Of a DNA stretch of 64,000 nt, positions 58,307 through 64,000 are shown piece after piece. The stretch is taken from positions 1 to 64,000 of the forward strand of contig CAXXVS010000002.1 in the NCBI GenBank assembly GCA_963674755.2. The letters run 5' to 3'. The notes under the pieces are model-generated. The model saw only the letters and a program-made list of their open reading frames with translations, had not been told where the DNA came from and made no database searches. The DNA comes from Desulfobacterales bacterium (GTDB lineage Bacteria > Desulfobacterota > Desulfobacteria > Desulfobacterales > UBA5852). The position numbers and the translations under genes were made by a program. The number at the start of each line of letters is the position of its first letter. Within the stretch, counting starts at the first letter, position 1.

Positions 58307-60060
58307 GCCGCATCCTTGTGTTTTCTCAGTACATATTGCCCCATGCAAAGCGCATCCATATCCGTCCGCGCAAAGCAGTCATAAGCTTGCTCTGGTGTAT
58401 CGACCACTGGTTCATTTTCGTTGAAGCTGGTATTCAGTACCATGCCAACGCCGGTACGCCTCCGGAATGCGCTGATTAATGCGTGATACAGCGGATTACT
58501 GATTTTATCTACAGTCTGTAACCGGCCAGTACCATCAACATGAGTAACAGCAGGCAATCGTTTCTGCCATTCACTACGTATAGTTATCACATGCTGCATG
58601 AATGGACTATCGACGTTTTGCTCAAAATAGGCCCCCACTTCTTCCCTTAGCACACTGGGCGCGAAGGGCCGGAAAGATTCTCGGCGTTTAATCTTTGAAT
58701 TGATGGTATCCTTCATGGACGGTATAGCAGGGTTAGCCAGGATAGAACGATTGCCCAGCGCACGCGGTCCCCATTCACTGCGCCCTTGATACCAACCAAC
58801 AACCAGCCCATCGGCAATCAGGCCGGATGCGGTTTCGACCAAATCAGCCTGATCCGTGCACACCTTAACCAGGAAGCCACTTCTTTCAGCGACATGACGT
58901 ATACGATCCTCTGAATATTCCGGACCCCAAAAGGCGTGTTGCATGTGGAAACGTTCACTACGACCCAGCGCGTTGTGCCATACCCAGTATGCCGCGCCGA
59001 GGCAAGTGCCATCGTCCGAAGCGGCTGCCTGCAAATAGTGCTCCTTGAAATTCGTTTCGCGGTAGATACGTGCATTGGCCACACCGTTTAGGGCGCAACC
59101 ACCCGCCATGGCCAAACGCGATGAAGGCACCCTATTTTGCAGGCGGGCCAGACAGTGAACTGCCACTTCTTCAAAACGTACTTGTGTAGAGCGGGCGATA
59201 TCCTTCTCACGTTGAGTTAGCGGATCAGCGCGTTTGCGAGGACTACCCAATAAGTCAATAATCCGATCGGTATAGAGTCGGCCCATCTTAATGCGCTGAT
59301 TACTGTCCAATGCACCACTCTCACCCCCCTCATGCATACCGAAATAACCGGCATTCAGGCGATACCATGTATCCTCGCCGAAGGTAACAAGATCCTGCAT
59401 TTCCTCGCAATACTTGTCCTTGCCATAGGGTGCGAGGCCCATCACTTTATACTCTTCACCAAAGTCGTCGAAACCAATGAACTGACACATGGCCGTATAA
59501 AAGAAACCGAGGCTGTGAGGCAATGTGACTCGGTCCAATACCTCTATGCGGGTACCTTCGCAACGTGCAGCCATCATGCTGGCAAAATCCCCGGAAGCAT
59601 CGTAGGAGAAACCAGCGGTGACTTGTTCAAAGGGTGACAAATAATAAGCGCTGGCGATATGTGCCAAGTGGTGCTCTACGCCAATGGTCTCAAATTTGAC
59701 CTGCGCCGGGTCCTCGCCGCAGACCTGCGCCAACTGTTCCAGCACACTCTCAGTACGTCGGTTTCGCCCCATGTGTTCAATCACTGCACCAACTGCTTTT
59801 ATTGGATGGTTAGCCACATAAGCCATCTTAGCCACCCGATTGGCAGATGGATCACGCGCCATAGCAACATGGGTAACATCGCGAAGCCGCAGCCCTGCGT
59901 CAGAAAGCAATCGGCGAATAGCATTTTCAGGAAACGCAGGGCTATGTTTTAGACGATCACCCAAACGCTCTTCCGCCACTGCGCCAACCAGTTGTCCATC
60001 CACTACCAAGCAGGCAGCAGAATCTGCATGGAAGGCATTAAATCCAAGAACCACTGACAT
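58303..60060 (-). CDS. O-carbamoyltransferase (NodU/CmcH family)
   Basis: HADSAA, EER, HHLAH, KVMGLAPYG, GGCALN, GPRALGNRS, FRPFAP, NTSFN. Confidence 0.95.
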   Translation of the reverse strand: MSVVLGFNAFHADSAACLVVDGQLVGAVAEERLGDRLKHSPAFPENAIRRLLSDAGLRLRDVTHVAMARDPSANRVAKMAYVANHPIKAVGAVIEHMGRNRRTESVLEQLAQVCGEDPAQVKFETIGVEHHLAHIASAYYLSPFEQVTAGFSYDASGDFASMMAARCEGTRIEVLDRVTLPHSLGFFYTAMCQFIGFDDFGEEYKVMGLAPYGKDKYCEEMQDLVTFGEDTWYRLNAGYFGMHEGGESGALDSNQRIKMGRLYTDRIIDLLGSPRKRADPLTQREKDIARSTQVRFEEVAVHCLARLQNRVPSSRLAMAGGCALNGVANARIYRETNFKEHYLQAAASDDGTCLGAAYWVWHNALGRSERFHMQHAFWGPEYSEDRIRHVAERSGFLVKVCTDQADLVETASGLIADGLVVGWYQGRSEWGPRALGNRSILANPAIPSMKDTINSKIKRRESFRPFAPSVLREEVGAYFEQNVDSPFMQHVITIRSEWQKRLPAVTHVDGTGRLQTVDKISNPLYHALISAFRRRTGVGMVLNTSFNENEPVVDTPEQAYDCFARTDMDALCMGQYVLRKHKDAA

Positions 60061-60192
60061 TTCAGTTCCTTACTTCGTTAAAAGCACCAACTTATAGATT
60101 ACTGATTAATCTCGTTAACCCAACAATCCACCTACCGCGATTAGGAGTTGGGGTTCATTCCTCATCCTAACCTACGCGCTGCGCACTAAATA

Positions 60193-61428
60193 TCATGTCA
60201 CTCTCACACAAGCAGGCGATTCTCCACCTGACAGGATCCATCGGTAAACAGCGGTCATTTCAGTGGCAATCCCCGACCAAGAGAAAGATCTCTCCATCCA
60301 TGCGCGCCCTGTTATACCCATTTCCGCACGCTCAATGGCAGACTTCGACATCGCAGTGGCTAAAGCTTGCGTCAGATCATCAACGCTATTACTCACCCAC
60401 CAACCACAACCATGGGTTTCGAGCCCTCTCCAAGGCGTTCCCCGGCTTGCGATCACCGGCGTCCCCATGGCAAGGCTCTCCGCAACCGCGATTGCAAAAT
60501 TTTCACTCAGCGACGGCAGGACAAAAATCTCAGCGGCCTGCATCACTCGCCATTTTTCCTGCCCTTGCACAGGTCCCAGCAGCTCGACATTCGACAGACC
60601 ATAGTGCACGATTAGAGAACGAAGCTCGGCATCGTAACCTTGTTCGACTGGGCCAACGATACGCAAGCGCCAGCCAGATTGGTATTCGCCCAGCTTATGC
60701 CATGCACTGACGAGACGATCCAAGGCCTTGACCGGGTGAAGACGCCCTAAAAACAGTACCGTCGGGATATCGACATCAATCTCCTCTTGGGGAAAAAGCG
60801 CGGGGACGTCAATGCCATTTGGGATCACCGCAACAGGCTGCTTGAGCCCGTAAGCACGAATATCTTCGTATTCCGCCTCACTCGTTGCATGAAACACGGA
60901 AACGACAGCGGCGGCTTCCTTCTGCCTCAACCACCAAAAAATCCTCTTCGACAATGGTGAGAATGTAAGCGCCTGCGGCGCCAACATACCCCTTGGGGAC
61001 AATACCAACGGTTTTTGGGCTCGACGGGCGGCAGTAGCTGAATATACGTTGGCCAATCGCCACAACCCGTGCGAATGAAGCACATCCGCTTGCTTTGCAG
61101 ATTCGAGCAAAGTCTTGCGCATGGTGTGCGAAATACCCAGTTTCCCTACGACCGGAAGCGATTTGAACTGCCAGGGATACCTGCGATCATCATACGAGAG
61201 TGCGTCCCTATTATTTTCCAGACGGTTGCTTCCGTTAGATGTCACGGATAGTAGTGTAACGACGTGGCCATGCTCGGCAAGGGCACGGCTCAGACGAGGG
61301 ACCGAATATGACGGCCCCGCTGCCTCGGCATCGAGTGAGGCTACGACTTGGACGATTTGGAGCAGTGGCGATTTGTACGGATCGTTGACAGGAACATGCG
61401 CTTTTCTTAACGACATCTTATGCGGCAT
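60193..61428 (-). CDS. GT4 glycosyltransferase (start uncertain)
   Basis: HSHGLW, SPRGML, IPNG, GRLHPVK, SENFAIAVAESLAMGTPVI. Confidence 0.93.
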   Translation of the reverse strand: MPHKMSLRKAHVPVNDPYKSPLLQIVQVVASLDAEAAGPSYSVPRLSRALAEHGHVVTLLSVTSNGSNRLENNRDALSYDDRRYPWQFKSLPVVGKLGISHTMRKTLLESAKQADVLHSHGLWRLANVYSATAARRAQKPLVLSPRGMLAPQALTFSPLSKRIFWWLRQKEAAAVVSVFHATSEAEYEDIRAYGLKQPVAVIPNGIDVPALFPQEEIDVDIPTVLFLGRLHPVKALDRLVSAWHKLGEYQSGWRLRIVGPVEQGYDAELRSLIVHYGLSNVELLGPVQGQEKWRVMQAAEIFVLPSLSENFAIAVAESLAMGTPVIASRGTPWRGLETHGCGWWVSNSVDDLTQALATAMSKSAIERAEMGITGRAWMERSFSWSGIATEMTAVYRWILSGGESPACVRVT

Positions 61429-61448
61429 CTACTTAGCGAAACCTTCAT

Positions 61449-62285
61449 TCATGCATAAGTGTTCGATACATCAAACTGGCCTTCCAAAACATCGAACCAA
61501 CCAAGCGCACGTTGATGAACGATGAGATAGTTGGCCTCGAAAAAGCGATCCAACTCCGGATGCCATTCAGGAAACAACTCAATCCGCGTTGGCCGAATTC
61601 TATCGATGTGATATGGGCTGTCAGCCAGCATCTCGAATACATCCTTGAGGAAGGCACGGGCGTAGACCCAGCGATGGTTGTATTCGAATTGCAGGATATC
61701 GATACGCTCCTGCGCCAATAGCGACGAAGCACCCTGGATCACGCTCAGGTCATGTCCCTCGGTGTCACATTTGAACAGATGTATATGATCTATCTTGTGC
61801 AGTTGGCAAAAACTGGTCGCGGTCCTTTTTTCCACGTCCACCATGCCAAAAGCACCGTATTCCAACTCTTTGTCGTACACGAGCGTATTCGTCCCCCCGG
61901 TAGCACTTGCCATCATCAGTTGGCCACTGCCCTCGGTATTTGACAAAGCTGCCGGAATGCAAGTAATTTCGTCACGGTCACCATAACGCTTGGATAACAG
62001 CGCGTGGGTCTCGGGACTTGGTTCGAATGCCCAGACCTGAAAGTCCTGGCCACGATCAGATTCAATCTGCTGGATCAACGCTTGCGTCCATTCCCCAACA
62101 TTGGCACCGACATCGAAAACAACTATCTTCTCACCAGGTCCTGCGCTTCCGAGTACCCTTTTCTGGACATAGGCCTCTCCGTTGAGATCTATTTGATTTG
62201 CGCCCTCACCACGCGCGAAGCAATAGATTTTACGACCCAATCGCCATACCACCCGCCGGACCCATCCACTCAACTGCATTATCAT
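61449..62285 (-). CDS. FkbM-family methyltransferase
   Basis: FDVGANVG, AFEP, KCDTEGHD, LQFEY. Confidence 0.92.
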   Translation of the reverse strand: MIMQLSGWVRRVVWRLGRKIYCFARGEGANQIDLNGEAYVQKRVLGSAGPGEKIVVFDVGANVGEWTQALIQQIESDRGQDFQVWAFEPSPETHALLSKRYGDRDEITCIPAALSNTEGSGQLMMASATGGTNTLVYDKELEYGAFGMVDVEKRTATSFCQLHKIDHIHLFKCDTEGHDLSVIQGASSLLAQERIDILQFEYNHRWVYARAFLKDVFEMLADSPYHIDRIRPTRIELFPEWHPELDRFFEANYLIVHQRALGWFDVLEGQFDVSNTYA

Positions 62286-63016
62286 TCTCCGCGACTTCCG
62301 TGGTGTCTCAGAACGATAACGACCACAGGATCATATGGAATATTGGTTGCATAGACGAAATTCAAAAAAGCGCCGATCGTCCCGCGCAATACCCCCCTCA
62401 CATCTCGTACAATGCTACGCGCCAGTCCTCCTCCGCCAATTCTATAACTTCCCCCGTACCTCACAATCTCGAAGCCCGTTTCTTGGATAAGCAGTTCGAA
62501 AACATCACGTGATAAGGCACTTTTATGGGTTGGATCGCCGTTCTGGGGCGCAAGTCCGAATGGGCTCTGGGCATTGGGAAACCGCAGAATAAGATGACCG
62601 CCAATCTTGATCATGAGCGCAAGCGCAACGAGTCGAGACGTAATCTCACTGACCGTGAAGTGCTCAAACACATCGAAACCAACGACCGTATCGAAACGAT
62701 TGCGGTGTTGTTCCGCAACCGTCTCAAGGTTAGCGGGCAGCAGCTCAATACCATGCTCTTGCGCCGCCTGTAGTGCTGCGACATTGGCCTCGCTGCCAGC
62801 AACGCTGGCACCCTGCTCGATCGCCCACGCAAGAAAACTGCCGAAACCGAACCCGATCTCGAAAACCTGAGCGCCCGCGATTTTCAGACCACGGCACTCT
62901 CCCCTGAAATAGGTATCTTCGTCTGCGGTAAAGGTAAACGGGCTGCTCCAGCCTTTCCAACCCTCATAGGCATGGTAGAGGTCATCTCGAACAGGATTGG
63001 ATCTAGTTTCCTGCAT
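62282..63016 (-). CDS. Class I SAM-dependent methyltransferase
   Basis: FEIGFGFG, DVFEH, RFPN, GDPTH. Confidence 0.88.
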   Translation of the reverse strand: MQETRSNPVRDDLYHAYEGWKGWSSPFTFTADEDTYFRGECRGLKIAGAQVFEIGFGFGSFLAWAIEQGASVAGSEANVAALQAAQEHGIELLPANLETVAEQHRNRFDTVVGFDVFEHFTVSEITSRLVALALMIKIGGHLILRFPNAQSPFGLAPQNGDPTHKSALSRDVFELLIQETGFEIVRYGGSYRIGGGGLARSIVRDVRGVLRGTIGAFLNFVYATNIPYDPVVVIVLRHHGSRGE

Positions 63017-64000
63017 AAAGACTGCCCTCACTTGATTCAACTTTCTTTTCCAGGTTTATTTTTCTCCTGGCGGATCCTTGCCACCCCGAGGCCGTACGCC
63101 TGCGTCTTTGAGATCGTAAGTACTTTTCCAACACGTTTATGAGAAGGGCGTAAGCCACGTACATGGGAATCACGGCGATAATGCCATTAACGAAAAATTG
63201 GGTAAGACCTCCCGCCGCCGTCGTGATCGACAACAGCACCAGCGGCATTCGAATATAGTTGTGATGCAACATGACCTGCACTGAGCGCCAAGACATCATG
63301 GCAAAAAACCATCCAATAAGCGGCATAATTACAACGATTCCCGCCCAACCAAACTGCCAGTAGACATCACCGAACACAGAGAGCCCAAGGGATGTTCCGG
63401 TATTGCGTGTAACAAGCGTGTAGAACTTGATCCCCGGGGCGATATATCTAGGTTTTCCAGGCCAAATAACGCGCGGGATGAAGAGTGCCCAGGCATTGCC
63501 GAGGGTGTCAATGAAACGCCCCCGCTCCCGGAATCGCATCGCTAATGCCTGTACCTGTGAATAATTGAGCCGAAGCCACCAGGATTCCTCCTCCAAGGCA
63601 TGATTGGCAACGCTATCCCCCACTTTGTATCGAAAATACTTCTGTACGATACCAACTCGTTCCAGATAACCTGCCCGCCAGATAGTCCCAGTCCGACTCA
63701 TGATCTCAGCCCGGCCGAAATGCACAAAGTCCTGCGCCAGACCGTAGACCACCATGATACCCAAGCACGCGATGATCAATTTCCAAAGACGCTTGTGGCC
63801 CAGATAGGCGCCGATGGCCGGAAACAAAAGCGCAGTCACCATGGCTGATTTCGAAAACGTCAGCACCAGCAGGAGGAGGTGCAGCGGCCAAAGCGTCAGC
63901 AACATCCAGCGCATCCTGGCTGAGCCCCGCGCCACAAGATAGGCTGCCATCCCGAAGCCAACATCGGCAATCCCGCCTATGGAAGTGAGTGCGCCAGCGA
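63003..64000 (-). CDS. Multi-TM protein, probable Wzy polymerase (5' end outside the window)
   Basis: Frame open to window edge; TFSKS, FIPRVIWPGKP, GDVYWQFGWAG. Confidence 0.7.
   Translation of the reverse strand, partial: AGALTSIGGIADVGFGMAAYLVARGSARMRWMLLTLWPLHLLLLVLTFSKSAMVTALLFPAIGAYLGHKRLWKLIIACLGIMVVYGLAQDFVHFGRAEIMSRTGTIWRAGYLERVGIVQKYFRYKVGDSVANHALEEESWWLRLNYSQVQALAMRFRERGRFIDTLGNAWALFIPRVIWPGKPRYIAPGIKFYTLVTRNTGTSLGLSVFGDVYWQFGWAGIVVIMPLIGWFFAMMSWRSVQVMLHHNYIRMPLVLLSITTAAGGLTQFFVNGIIAVIPMYVAYALLINVLEKYLRSQRRRRTASGWQGSARRKINLEKKVESSEGSLYAGN

Overview
64 kb of a GC-rich bacterial chromosome; the 16S/23S sequence and gene content suggest a sulfate-reducing Desulfobacterales-type deltaproteobacterium (my impression, not a database result). 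1-9.5 kb: two head-to-tail, apparently identical rrn operons (16S-Ile-Ala-23S-5S, period 5548 bp). 9.8-37.7 kb: housekeeping block (NtrB/NtrC-type pair, GH13_18 phosphorylase, ihfA, tRNA-Thr, mfd, two SurA-like proteins, rodZ, mgtE, recO, GHMP kinase, glyQS, ligA, acyP, ftsY, smc). 38.4-64 kb: Wzy-type exopolysaccharide locus whose distal part (about 56.1-64 kb) is visibly lower in GC and looks horizontally exchanged. The most unusual signal: many intergenic gaps from 28.9 to 54.9 kb carry degenerate 7-, 8- or 9-nt periodic tandem repeats arranged as nested inverted arms, in at least six unit families. One such arm pair encloses an unannotated, internally deleted four-helix-bundle (23S-IVP/Avd-like) gene remnant at 49925-50054. 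This suggests, as inference only, a repeat-delimited small-gene cassette system that left empty scars through the locus. Other items missed by the ORF track: a 57-aa ORF upstream of ihfA, MITE/REP-like palindromes ending on the ftsY and smc stop codons, candidate tandem NrdR boxes, a G10 tract in a methyltransferase, and an ExeA-ATPase/J-domain gene pair sharing a C-terminal domain. Identities and GC contrasts were judged by eye.
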